A stretch of DNA of 64,000 nt from Candidatus Woesearchaeota archaeon (GTDB taxonomy: Archaea > Nanobdellota > Nanobdellia > Pacearchaeales > GW2011-AR1): assembly GCA_964518625.1 (NCBI GenBank), contig CAZFHC010000001.1, forward strand, positions 111-64,110, read 5' to 3'. A program made the position numbers and the translations under genes. Under the pieces are notes generated by a model that saw only the letters and a list, made by a program, of their open reading frames with translations, was not told where the DNA came from and searched no databases. Below are positions 20,298 through 29,774 of this stretch, piece after piece (within the stretch, counting starts at the first letter, position 1; each line of letters opens with the position of its first letter).

Positions 20298-20867
20298 ATG
20301 TTAAAAAATAAAAAAGATTTAGAAGAACTCTGTAAAGATAAGGATGTAATTATTATGGTTCCTACAGCTGGTCCTCGTTTTGATAAATATAGAGCTAAGG
20401 CGGCTGTGATTGCTGAAAAAAAAGCAACTTGTAATTATGAAGGTTTAAATTTGCCTTATATTGTTAGCGGAGCTATTAAAAAAGACGACAAATATCTTCC
20501 TAATGAGAGAATGATTAGCTTACTAGAAAACTATGGTGTTTCTAAAGAAGCTATTTTTGAAGAACATAGTTCTCATAATACAGCAGAAAATCTTTACGAA
20601 ACTGTTAAATTTGCAAAAGAAATGAACATAAAGGATATTGCGATATCCACTGGAACATCTCATTATTTGAGATTTAAAGTTGATCTGAAACATTTAAAAT
20701 CTTTAGGATTGGTTAATAAAGATACAAAGATATACCCTATTCCTATATCTTATAAAGGAGCTAAAGTAGAATATAATCTTAAAAGAGAGGCTAGAAATGT
20801 ACTTGCTCTTGCTAAAGCTATCTTTTTAGATTGTCATAATTATAAATTTTCTACTAATGCTAGTTAG
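20298..20867 (+). CDS. YdcF/DUF218 (ElyC/SanA-like) protein
   Basis: IVSG...E..S.NTAENL...IST..SHY.R. Confidence 0.7.
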   Translation: MLKNKKDLEELCKDKDVIIMVPTAGPRFDKYRAKAAVIAEKKATCNYEGLNLPYIVSGAIKKDDKYLPNERMISLLENYGVSKEAIFEEHSSHNTAENLYETVKFAKEMNIKDIAISTGTSHYLRFKVDLKHLKSLGLVNKDTKIYPIPISYKGAKVEYNLKREARNVLALAKAIFLDCHNYKFSTNAS

Positions 20868-20897
20868 ATTTAAAACACCCATTATTTTATAATTACT

Positions 20898-21971
20898 ATG
20901 AAACATTTTTTTATTTTAGGACGTAATCCAAAATTATCGAGAGAAGAAATTTTTGCTTTTTTGAAGTGTCGAAAGATTGATTATAAGGAAATTCTTTTTG
21001 AAGATAACCAACTTGTTCTTGAAGGAGATTTTAATATTAATATTCAGGAACTTGGTGGAACTATTGAGATTGGGAATATCCTTTTTGATGATAATGCTAA
21101 TAAATTTGAAGATTTTTTAAATTCTCAAGATCTTGTTAATGAGAATAAATTTAATTATTCTGTTATTGGAAATATGGATCCTGAACCAATTAAGAATTAT
21201 TTCAAATCAAATAAACAAAAGGCTGGTTTGAAACATGGTAGAGATAAATTAAGATTTCAGGAAGGTGGTTTTAATTATTTAGCTAAGACTAAATATACTT
21301 ATTTTTTATATGAGGAGAATAATAGAGTTTTATTTGGTGAGGTAACACAAGATTTTGATTCTACTGAGGTTGAGAGAAGAGATATGAAAAAACCGGTTCG
21401 TCGTGAAGCTCTTGCTATTTCCCCTAGACTTTCTAAAATTTTGATTAATTTGAGTGGAGCTAATCCTAGAAGTTTAATGGGTGATCCTTTCTGTGGAGTT
21501 GGTGGTATTTTACAAGAAGCTTTGTTGAAAAATATTAAAGTTTATGGTAGTGATAATGATTATAAGGCTATTTTAGATGCTAAACGAAATTTAAAGTGGA
21601 TAAAGGATCAATATGATGTTAATACAAAATTCAATGTTGAAAGACGTGATGTTAGAAGTTTAGCAAATAAACAATTTGATGCTATTGCAACAGAAACTCC
21701 TTTGGGTGATGTTATTAAGAAAAAATTAGATGATAGACGTGCTGAAAATGAGATTCGAAAATTTGAGAGTTTTATTATCCCTGCACTTAGATCTATTAGA
21801 AGTGTTAAGAGAAATAAAGCACTTATTGCTATTACTTTTCCTAAGATTAGAAGATTTGGAGTAGATTATGATAGGATTATTGAAAATACTGGTTTAAGAA
21901 TTGTAATGAAACCTATAGAGGAATCTAAGAGTGGTCAGTTTATTGGTAGAGATGTTATCGTTTTTCAATAA
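20898..21971 (+). CDS. Trm11/TrmG10-like tRNA guanine-N2 methyltransferase
   Basis: RD..KP...ISPRLSKILINLS, DPFCGVGGILQEA. Confidence 0.8.
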   Translation: MKHFFILGRNPKLSREEIFAFLKCRKIDYKEILFEDNQLVLEGDFNINIQELGGTIEIGNILFDDNANKFEDFLNSQDLVNENKFNYSVIGNMDPEPIKNYFKSNKQKAGLKHGRDKLRFQEGGFNYLAKTKYTYFLYEENNRVLFGEVTQDFDSTEVERRDMKKPVRREALAISPRLSKILINLSGANPRSLMGDPFCGVGGILQEALLKNIKVYGSDNDYKAILDAKRNLKWIKDQYDVNTKFNVERRDVRSLANKQFDAIATETPLGDVIKKKLDDRRAENEIRKFESFIIPALRSIRSVKRNKALIAITFPKIRRFGVDYDRIIENTGLRIVMKPIEESKSGQFIGRDVIVFQ

Positions 21972-22041
21972 GAGTCTATTTTTCTAGAGGTATTGACTTA
22001 ACTCCCACAATGTTTAAATATTAAATTTACAATTTATCTTT

Positions 22042-22764
22042 ATGATTGTTAAATTAGATACGCCAAAGTTATTGTCTGACGCTGTTGCTGTAATTTCTGA
22101 ACTTGTTACAGAAGTTAAAATAAAACTTTTAGAAGATGGTATGAGTATTATTGCTGTTGATCCTGCAAATGTTGCTATGGTTATTTTTAAATTACCTCGT
22201 GAAAGTTTCTCTAGTTATGAAGCTAATAATGATGTTTGGGGTATTAATTTGGAAAGTTTGAAGAGAATTTTAAAAAGAGCTTCTGGAGCTGCTAGTATTA
22301 TATTTGAGCAGGAAGATAATAAGTTAAATATTGCTATTTATGATAAAGTAAAAAGAAATTTTACATTATCTTTAATTGATGTTGATTCTGAGGAAAAAGA
22401 TGAACCTAGTTTAGAATTTTCGACTACTGTTGAATTGAATTCCACTGAGCTTGTCCAGTCTATTGAAGATTGTGCTGTTGTTGCTGAAAGTTGTTCGTTT
22501 ATTGCTGGAGAGAATTTTTTTGTTGTTGAAGCTAGTGGTTCAATTAATTCCTTTAGAGCTGAATTTAATGATGATAATGGAGAGATTAATGGTATTGGTA
22601 AAGCTAAATACTCTTTGGAATATTTGAATAAGTTTATCAAAGCTCAAAAAATTTCTAATAAAGTTATTTTAAGATTCTCTGATGATTATCCTTTAAGGAT
22701 GGATTTCCCTGGAGAAAAAATGGGAATTGGTTTTGTATTAGCACCAAGAGTTGAAAACGATTAA
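22042..22764 (+). CDS. pcn: DNA polymerase sliding clamp PCNA
   Basis: AVDPANVAMV, YSLEYL.KF.KA, DYPL, LAPRVE. Confidence 0.96.
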   Translation: MIVKLDTPKLLSDAVAVISELVTEVKIKLLEDGMSIIAVDPANVAMVIFKLPRESFSSYEANNDVWGINLESLKRILKRASGAASIIFEQEDNKLNIAIYDKVKRNFTLSLIDVDSEEKDEPSLEFSTTVELNSTELVQSIEDCAVVAESCSFIAGENFFVVEASGSINSFRAEFNDDNGEINGIGKAKYSLEYLNKFIKAQKISNKVILRFSDDYPLRMDFPGEKMGIGFVLAPRVEND

Positions 22765-22768
22765 ATTT

Positions 22769-23626
22769 TTATTTATACAAATATTTTAGTTCTTTAATTG
22801 CTGGGTTTTGAAATAATTTTTTTAATGCTTTTTTTTGAATTTGTTCTATACGTTGTTTTGTAAGATTATACTTTTTACCGATTTCCTGAAAAGTTTTTTC
22901 GTTTTCTTCTGAATTTATTCCAAATCTTTCTTTTATAATATCTGCCTCTCTTTCATTTAAACTTGAATTAATTATTTTTTCTATATCAGAAACACCGCTA
23001 CTTGATTTTAATCTATCAATATCCTTTGTTGGACTATAATAATTAGTTCCTATATTATCAACTAAAGATGTATTATCCTCTAATATTGGGTAATCTAGAG
23101 AAAGAACAGTTTTTCCAATTTCAAGTAAAGAGTTTAGTTCTTTTTTTGTCTTTGATAAAATTTTTGAAATTTTTTCTATAGAATACCCTTCTGAACGATA
23201 TACTTTTACTTTACTTAATATTTCTCTTTTTTTAAGTGGTATTCTTATGCCATATGCATTTTCACCCAATGCCTTATAAATTGATTCTTTTATCCAATTT
23301 ACACTATATGTCGATAAAGTACCAATGGAAGGATCATATTTATCTATAGCTTTCATTAAACCAATATTCCCTTCTTGAATTAAATCTATTAACTCCATAC
23401 CTTTATTTTGGTAATTTTTAGCTATGGAAAATACAAAAAATAACTGAGATTTAACCAAAACATCTCTATACTCAGGAGTCATACCTTCTTCTAGTATTTT
23501 CTTACCTATCTCTTTTTGTTCTTCAACAGATATCCTATATTTATCAGCTTCATTCAAATATATTTCTAAATTATTTTTTTTATCAGTATTCAAATATATT
23601 TCTGAATGTTCTTTATTATTAATCAT
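22769..23626 (-). CDS. Bacterial-type sigma-70 family RNA polymerase sigma factor (regions 1.2-4.2, no region 1.1)
   Basis: YLNE (1.2), SIAKNY..KG.ELIDLIQEGNIGLMKAIDKYD (2.1-2.2), STY..W, IRIP, LSLD, LNERE..II..RFG, T.QEIG..Y.LT..RI.QI..KAL.KL (4.2); likely start ATG 23626, ORF track starts at TTG 23635. Confidence 0.92.
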   Translation of the reverse strand: MINNKEHSEIYLNTDKKNNLEIYLNEADKYRISVEEQKEIGKKILEEGMTPEYRDVLVKSQLFFVFSIAKNYQNKGMELIDLIQEGNIGLMKAIDKYDPSIGTLSTYSVNWIKESIYKALGENAYGIRIPLKKREILSKVKVYRSEGYSIEKISKILSKTKKELNSLLEIGKTVLSLDYPILEDNTSLVDNIGTNYYSPTKDIDRLKSSSGVSDIEKIINSSLNEREADIIKERFGINSEENEKTFQEIGKKYNLTKQRIEQIQKKALKKLFQNPAIKELKYLYK

Positions 23627-23647
23627 ATCTTTCAATTTAACTTATTG

Positions 23648-23662
23648 TTTATAAACTTTTTC
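23648..23662 (-). promoter_or_regulatory. Archaeal BRE+TATA promoter of the sigma-70 gene
   Basis: Minus strand reads GAAAAAG-TTTATAAA; first T lies 29 nt upstream of ATG 23626. Confidence 0.6.
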
Positions 23663-23815
23663 AATTGTAACTATTTTATAGTTGTTACTTGTTGTGGAAA
23701 GATGTTTAGTATATTTCATTTCTGTTTTAAAATAGTGAAAAAGCTATTGGATTAAATTGTATAATAGTTTATAATCTTTCTAAAAATTTAAAAACTTCAT
23801 AGTTGTAATTATTTT

Positions 23816-24511
23816 ATGAAAAAGAGAGATGATTTTGGTGACCATACTGATATTCCTAGTTCTAATGAAATTTCTGATGTTTTGTTGAAGAAAAGTTTAA
23901 ATCGTGGAGAGAAAGTTAATAAAAATAAAAAGAAATCTAAAAATAAAAAATTTACTTTTAGTAAGAATAAAGTAAAAAAGAAAATGGAAAAAGAGTCCAA
24001 AAATAAAAAAACACGAGATATTGTAAAGAGAACTAAACCGATTAAAAATAAAAATGAATCAAAAGTGAAGAATAAGAAACATATTGAGATTCATGCTAAG
24101 ATATTTGTAGTTATTGTATGTGTTTTAGTTATTTTAGGAGTTTTGAGTTATTTTACTATTATTAATTTTGATGTTGTTAAAAATGGATTTATTTCGACTT
24201 CTGGATTTTTTTTAAATATTATTACTACTTCTAGTTCTGATTTGGATGAAATTGATTTTTCTGATGTTAAAATCGATAAGTTGAATATTGATTTATTAAC
24301 TGAAAATATTGAGCTTGAAACTAAAGTTACTAGTCAATTAAATTCTAAGTGTAATGATGAGAAAAGCACATTGGAAGCTAATATTAGGAAAGATGAGCAA
24401 GCTAAATGTAAAATTGAAACTGATGTTTTAAGTAATGAGATTGATGAGTGGACAACAAAGTATAATAGTTGTAGTGATGATTTAGATGAGTGCGAAGAGG
24501 GTAATGAATAA
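23816..24511 (+). CDS. Hypothetical membrane-anchored protein (basic N-terminus, one TM, Cys-containing coiled coil)
   Basis: Composition and single TM segment. Confidence 0.65.
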   Translation: MKKRDDFGDHTDIPSSNEISDVLLKKSLNRGEKVNKNKKKSKNKKFTFSKNKVKKKMEKESKNKKTRDIVKRTKPIKNKNESKVKNKKHIEIHAKIFVVIVCVLVILGVLSYFTIINFDVVKNGFISTSGFFLNIITTSSSDLDEIDFSDVKIDKLNIDLLTENIELETKVTSQLNSKCNDEKSTLEANIRKDEQAKCKIETDVLSNEIDEWTTKYNSCSDDLDECEEGNE

Positions 24512-24783
24512 TGAAAGTAAAAAAAGATAAATTTGTAAAGAAGCACCATGTTTGGGGTGGTATCGGAATTATTATTGGTATTGTAATTACAATTGTTGTT
24601 ATTGGTATTTTTAGTTACAAGTATGTGCATTATGTTGAACAGGAAGGGTATGTTAAAGGTGGTGAAGATATGGCTAGATTGATTTATGATAATGTTGCTG
24701 AATATGGAGGAGCATCGATTGAAGTTGGTGGAGAAAAAATTATTGTTGCGAAATATGAGAAACCGATTGGTGGTATTGAGTAG
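24511..24783 (+). CDS. Small single-TM hypothetical protein
   Basis: TM segment; TAATG coupling. Confidence 0.65.
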   Translation: MKVKKDKFVKKHHVWGGIGIIIGIVITIVVIGIFSYKYVHYVEQEGYVKGGEDMARLIYDNVAEYGGASIEVGGEKIIVAKYEKPIGGIE

Positions 24784-24785
24784 TT

Positions 24786-26261
24786 ATGGTTGTTTTGTCT
24801 AAATCTGGTTATTTAGCTGGTTTGCAATGTCATAAATTACTTTGGGTGAAAGCTAAAGATAAAGCGAGATTCCCTAAGATTGGTGAATTTAAGCAATCTA
24901 TTTTTGATAATGGTCATGTTGTTGGTCAATTGGCAAAAAAACTTTTTCCTGAAGGGATTGAACTTTCTGATGAGAATTTTTCTGAGAATTTAAAATTGAC
25001 AAAAGAAAATTTGGATAAAAAAAGACCTTTGTTTGAGGCTGCTTTTATGGTTGATGAATTATATTCTAGAGCTGATATTCTGAGTCCTAATGATGATGGG
25101 AGTTGGGACATCTATGAGGTTAAATCATCTACAAAAGTTAAGGAAATTAATTTACATGATGTTAGTTTTCAGAAGTATGTTTATGAATTAGCAGGTTTGA
25201 ATATTCGGAAATGTTTTTTAGTTCATATTAATAATAAATATATTAAACAGGGTGAGTTGGATGTTCAAGGATTTTTTCATATTAGTGATGTTAGTCATGA
25301 TATCGAACCATATTTTGAGAATATTGAATCTAGGGTTTTACAAATGTTGAGTATTATGATGGGAGATGAACCTAATGTTGAAATTGGAGAGCATTGTTCT
25401 TCGCCCTATTCTTGTGATTTAGAACCAAATTGTTGGAAGTTTATTAAGGAAGGTAGTGTATTTGATTTGTATAGGGGTGGTTCTAGATCTTTTGATTTAT
25501 TTGAGAATGGTATTGTTGCCTTAAAAGATATTCCTGATTATTATAGGTTATCTGAAATCCAAATGATTCAAAGAGATGTTGCAATTAAGGAAGAGACCTA
25601 TGTGAATAAAGAGGGTCTAAAAAACTTTTTGAATAAATTACAATATCCTATTTATTATTTAGATTTTGAAACGATTAATCCTGTTATTCCTAAGTTTGAT
25701 GGGATGAAGCCTTATCAAAGAATCCCATTTCAATTCTCGTTACATATTCAGAAAAGTATTGGTAGTGAATTGGAACATGTTTCTTTCTTACATAAGAATC
25801 GTGATGATTCACGTAAATCTTTTATGCAAGCTCTAAAAGATAATCTTGGTGAAGTTGGAACTATTTTAGTTTATAATCAAAGTTTTGAGATTGGTGTAAT
25901 GAGAGAATCTTCTTATGCTTTTTATGAATTTAAAGATTGGTTTGCTGAGATTCAGCCTCGTATACTTGATTTATTGGTTCCATTTAAAAATTTTGATTAT
26001 TATAATGCCAAGCAAAAAGGCTCTTGTTCTATTAAAGCTGTTTTACCTGTCTTTTCGGATTTGAATTATAAAGATTTAGAAATTGGGAATGGTGCTATTG
26101 CAAATTTGCTTTATGAAAAAGCTACATTTAGTGATATGAATGATACCGCGAAAAAGAAAATTTATGATGATTTAGAAGTATATTGTCATCAAGATACGTT
26201 GGCTGAAGTTAAAATTATTGATGGATTATATAAGATTACAGAAAACGATATAGTTAATTAA
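24786..26261 (+). CDS. DUF2779 domain protein (PD-(D/E)XK-like nuclease plus RNase H-like domain)
   Basis: SKS.Y..G.QC.K.LW; ADIL...YEVKSST; LDFET...PYQ.IPFQFSLH; YN.SFE; SIK.VLP; YC..DT. Confidence 0.82.
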   Translation: MVVLSKSGYLAGLQCHKLLWVKAKDKARFPKIGEFKQSIFDNGHVVGQLAKKLFPEGIELSDENFSENLKLTKENLDKKRPLFEAAFMVDELYSRADILSPNDDGSWDIYEVKSSTKVKEINLHDVSFQKYVYELAGLNIRKCFLVHINNKYIKQGELDVQGFFHISDVSHDIEPYFENIESRVLQMLSIMMGDEPNVEIGEHCSSPYSCDLEPNCWKFIKEGSVFDLYRGGSRSFDLFENGIVALKDIPDYYRLSEIQMIQRDVAIKEETYVNKEGLKNFLNKLQYPIYYLDFETINPVIPKFDGMKPYQRIPFQFSLHIQKSIGSELEHVSFLHKNRDDSRKSFMQALKDNLGEVGTILVYNQSFEIGVMRESSYAFYEFKDWFAEIQPRILDLLVPFKNFDYYNAKQKGSCSIKAVLPVFSDLNYKDLEIGNGAIANLLYEKATFSDMNDTAKKKIYDDLEVYCHQDTLAEVKIIDGLYKITENDIVN

Positions 26262-26932
26262 TTGCCGCCGTATCGCCTATTTCTTCTTGAATATTCTTTG
26301 ACTGCTTTTTGTAAATCTTTTGTTTTGAAACTTGGAAAGAATCTTTTTGTAAAATATAATTCTGAATATACTGATTGGTATGGCATAAATCCTGATAACC
26401 TCTTTTCTCCACCTGTTCTTATTATTAAATCTGGATTTGGTATATTTGCTGTATCTAAATTTTTGTAGAAGTTCTCTATTGTGACTTGCTTTTTATCAGT
26501 TTTTTTTATTGCTCTAATTATTTCATCTTGTCCACCATAATCTATCGCTAAGATTAAAGTAAATTTGTTATTTCTAGTTTCTTTTTCTATTTTTGATAGT
26601 TTTATTCTAAGTGATTTTGGAATTCTATCTTTTCTTCCTATGTGTATTAATTTATATTTTAATGTTTTTTTAGTGAATAAGTCATCTATTAACTTTTCAA
26701 TTATATGCATTATTATTTCAATTTCTTTTTCTGACCTTTTCCAATTTTCTGTTGAAAATCCCCATGCCGATATATATTCTATACCTAATTTTTGAGCTGC
26801 TTCGCAAAGTTCTATTATATTTGTATATGTTCCAGCTTTTTCGTGTCCTTTCGTTCCGACTAGTCCTCTTCTTTTTGCCCAACGCCTATTCCCATCTGGA
26901 ATAATTGCTACATGTTTTGGTATTTTATTCAT
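26258..26932 (-). CDS. uppS: Polyprenyl diphosphate synthase (cis-prenyltransferase)
   Basis: HVAIIPDGNRRWA, FSTENWKR, IRTGGEKRLSGF. Confidence 0.95.
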   Translation of the reverse strand: MNKIPKHVAIIPDGNRRWAKRRGLVGTKGHEKAGTYTNIIELCEAAQKLGIEYISAWGFSTENWKRSEKEIEIIMHIIEKLIDDLFTKKTLKYKLIHIGRKDRIPKSLRIKLSKIEKETRNNKFTLILAIDYGGQDEIIRAIKKTDKKQVTIENFYKNLDTANIPNPDLIIRTGGEKRLSGFMPYQSVYSELYFTKRFFPSFKTKDLQKAVKEYSRRNRRYGGN

Positions 26933-28106
26933 TTTCTTTTATAATATAAAGATCTGTTCCTTCTTTACAAGTCGGAAGTTTTATTAAAATTTCGTCTCCT
27001 TTTTTTGCTGTTTTTACATTCCTATTATTTTTCTTAATTGATTTTAATTTGATTTTTTTTATTGCATCTTCTTGGTTTAGTAAATATACTTCATCTCCTA
27101 ATTTTATTTTACCTGCATGCATTATTACTTGAGCTGCTTTTAAATTTGAGAAATATTGTTTTACTCTTCCTACATATTCTTTATGTTGTGTTTGTTCTCC
27201 ATTCTCTGTGTATGAAAAATCGTCTGAAGTTGGCATTTTAAAATAAAAACCGGATGAGAATCCTCTGTTGTAAACTTTTTTTAATTCTGTAATTGATTTT
27301 TCAATTTCTTTTGGTGTTAATTTTTTATCTAGTGCTTTTCTATATATTTTAACTACTGTTGATACATATTCTGGAGATCTGTTTCGCCCTTCTATTTTGA
27401 ATGATTGTATTCCTGCTTTTTTCATTTGTTCAATAAATGGTAATGTACAAAGATCTTTTGCTGACATTACTTTATTATTTTGTAATTTTAGTTGTTTCCC
27501 TGAGTCATCTGTGACTGTCCAGCTTCTTCTGCATGGATGAGCACATTGTCCTCTGTTAGCTGAATATCCTTGCATAAATTGTGATGTAAAACATCTTCCT
27601 GAGATTGCAACACACATCGCACCGTGACAAAAACATTCTACTCTTATGATTTTTGATACTTGTTTTATTTGTTTTAGATTTAATTCTCTTGCTAATACTA
27701 GTGTTGTTGCTCCAAGTTTTTTATAGTATTGTGCTGATTCTTTATTTGAGATTGAGGCTTGTGTTGATATGTGGATTGGAACTTTGTATTTTTGACATAG
27801 TCTTATTATTGATGGATCCCAGCAAATTATTGCATTAATGTAAGATTTTGCTTTTTTGATTATTGTTTCTATTTTTTTTAATTCTGAATCATATACTACT
27901 GTATTTAATGTTAGATATCTTTTCACTTTTTTTAATTCGCAAATTTCTTTTATTTTTGGAAGATCTTTTATTGTGAAGTTTCTTGCACCTTCTCGCATAT
28001 TGAATCCTTTTATTCCAAAATAGACTGCATCTGTACCAGCTTCAATTGCTGAGTAAAGCATTGGATAATTTCCTACGGGTGCTAATAATTCGTATTTTTG
28101 TTTCAT
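26925..28106 (-). CDS. Peptidase U32 family (RNA hydroxylation, TrhP/RlhA-like)
   Basis: ELLAPVG, HISTQ, HGAMCVAISGRC, NRG.C..PCR, KIEGR. Confidence 0.9.
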   Translation of the reverse strand: MKQKYELLAPVGNYPMLYSAIEAGTDAVYFGIKGFNMREGARNFTIKDLPKIKEICELKKVKRYLTLNTVVYDSELKKIETIIKKAKSYINAIICWDPSIIRLCQKYKVPIHISTQASISNKESAQYYKKLGATTLVLARELNLKQIKQVSKIIRVECFCHGAMCVAISGRCFTSQFMQGYSANRGQCAHPCRRSWTVTDDSGKQLKLQNNKVMSAKDLCTLPFIEQMKKAGIQSFKIEGRNRSPEYVSTVVKIYRKALDKKLTPKEIEKSITELKKVYNRGFSSGFYFKMPTSDDFSYTENGEQTQHKEYVGRVKQYFSNLKAAQVIMHAGKIKLGDEVYLLNQEDAIKKIKLKSIKKNNRNVKTAKKGDEILIKLPTCKEGTDLYIIKENE

Positions 28107-28213
28107 ATAATAATTTAGTTTTTCTATTTTAAGAGTTTTTTGGTTAATTTTGTTATAATTATCAAATGACACTTATACGAAAACTTTATAAAGAACCTTG
28201 TGTTGGATTTATT

Positions 28214-28432
28214 ATGAGAAAATCACCTGAATATGTTGAAAAAAATGTTTCTGCTAGTTTCGGTTATGTTAAGAAAGATATGCTTATGTTGAATGATTCA
28301 TTTAGTGAGTTGAATGATAAATTTGAAAGATTATTAGGTCAGTATCAAAACTTAGTTGATGAAGTTACAAAGATTAAGAATTCTTTACCAAAGAAAAAAG
28401 TTGTAAAGAAAAAAAGTATTGCAAAAAAATAG
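28214..28432 (+). CDS. Small coiled-coil hypothetical protein with Lys-rich tail
   Basis: ORF with native codon usage; ATG 28214. Confidence 0.6.
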   Translation: MRKSPEYVEKNVSASFGYVKKDMLMLNDSFSELNDKFERLLGQYQNLVDEVTKIKNSLPKKKVVKKKSIAKK

Positions 28433-28440
28433 AATTTATT

Positions 28441-28938
28441 ATGGCTATTGATGATTATTTGAATTCTCCCAATACTGGAATTATTATTGTTGATATGCAA
28501 AAATATTTTGTAGATCAATTACCTAATTTTAAATCTTTAATTAATAAGCAAATTAATATTCTTAAATTTCATCCTAAAATATTTATAGTTAATTTAGAAT
28601 TTAAGCCATCAAGATATGGATATACTTTACCATTAATAAAAAATGAAATTAATAATAATAACCGTTCTTTTAAAACAATTAAAAAAAATTATATGAATGG
28701 TTTTAAAAGAACTAAACTTAATAAAATTTTAAAGGAATATGAGATACATAATATACTTATTATGGGATGTAATACTTCTTTTTGTGTTTTCTCTACTGCA
28801 AAAAGTGCTAGTAATTTAGGATATACATTAGCTACTTCAAAAAATTTAGTATCACAATCGGGTTATACTTCTAGCCAAAAATATGATTTTTTAGAAGAAG
28901 CGGTAAATTGGTATAAAAAAAATACAATTTTATTTTAG
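28441..28938 (+). CDS. Isochorismatase/cysteine hydrolase family
   Basis: IIVDMQ..F, K...NGF..T.L, GCNTSFCV..TA. Confidence 0.85.
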   Translation: MAIDDYLNSPNTGIIIVDMQKYFVDQLPNFKSLINKQINILKFHPKIFIVNLEFKPSRYGYTLPLIKNEINNNNRSFKTIKKNYMNGFKRTKLNKILKEYEIHNILIMGCNTSFCVFSTAKSASNLGYTLATSKNLVSQSGYTSSQKYDFLEEAVNWYKKNTILF

Positions 28939-28940
28939 AA

Positions 28941-29291
28941 TTAATTCCATCTACCTAATTCTAATTCTACTTTGTTTGTCCATGATTTGACTATGTCTAG
29001 TATCATATTTTTTATTGCTAAGTTATTTTTAGATTTGTAAACGAAAATATATCCACCTGGTGATAGATTAATTTGTTTTCTAATCACTAATTGTTTATTT
29101 CTTAGTTTTTTTAGACTTCTTTGAGCTGTTGAAATATCTACTTTAATTAATTTAGATATTTCTTCGCTAGATCTGTACTCTTCTGAATCAAATAAAAGTA
29201 ATTTTAAAATATTATAATCGGATTTTGTAAGGCCAAGGCTACACTTAATTACTTCGTTTAAATCAAATTGTCGGCAAGCAAAATCTATCAT
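28941..29291 (-). CDS. Archaeal winged-helix transcriptional regulator (TrmB-like HTH)
   Basis: IKC.LGL...STAQRSL..L...GGY.F.Y. Confidence 0.8.
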   Translation of the reverse strand: MIDFACRQFDLNEVIKCSLGLTKSDYNILKLLLFDSEEYRSSEEISKLIKVDISTAQRSLKKLRNKQLVIRKQINLSPGGYIFVYKSKNNLAIKNMILDIVKSWTNKVELELGRWN

Positions 29292-29302
29292 AAAAAAAAC
29301 AA

Positions 29303-29623
29303 TTAGTTTATGATGCTGTCGATTTTTTGTTTTAGTGCATCTTTTGGGTTATATCCTATAATGTCACCTAATACTGTTCGGCCATTGAATATTTTCAATG
29401 CTGGGATTCCCATTATACCGAATTGTGCAGCGAATGCATTATGTTCTTCAACATCAAGTTTTGCAAACTTCAATTTTCCTTTATATTCTGCAGATAGTTC
29501 TTCAAATATTGGTCCCATCATCTTACAAGGTCCACACCATGGAGCCCAGAAATCAACGATTACTGGCATATCTGATTCAAAGACTTCTTTTACAAAATTT
29601 TCTGGATTTAAATTTTTTACCAT
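29303..29623 (-). CDS. trxA: Thioredoxin
   Basis: [10 protein letters not shown]. Confidence 0.95.
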   Translation of the reverse strand: MVKNLNPENFVKEVFESDMPVIVDFWAPWCGPCKMMGPIFEELSAEYKGKLKFAKLDVEEHNAFAAQFGIMGIPALKIFNGRTVLGDIIGYNPKDALKQKIDSIIN

Positions 29624-29774
29624 ATTGTTCTCCTTAATTTAATTATACTGTGATAAATTAACAATACTATTTAAAAGCTTTGAACTTCGCTAAAAATTGT
29701 ATTTTTTTTGCAGTTCTATTTATTAACTTAATTACAATTAAACTTATAAAGGAGATTAACTTTGGAATAGTAAC

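Noticed and set aside
23540..23605. Short direct repeat ATTCAAATATATTTCT in the sigma gene
   Set aside because: Local in-frame duplication of the EIYLN segment, not a mobile-element end.
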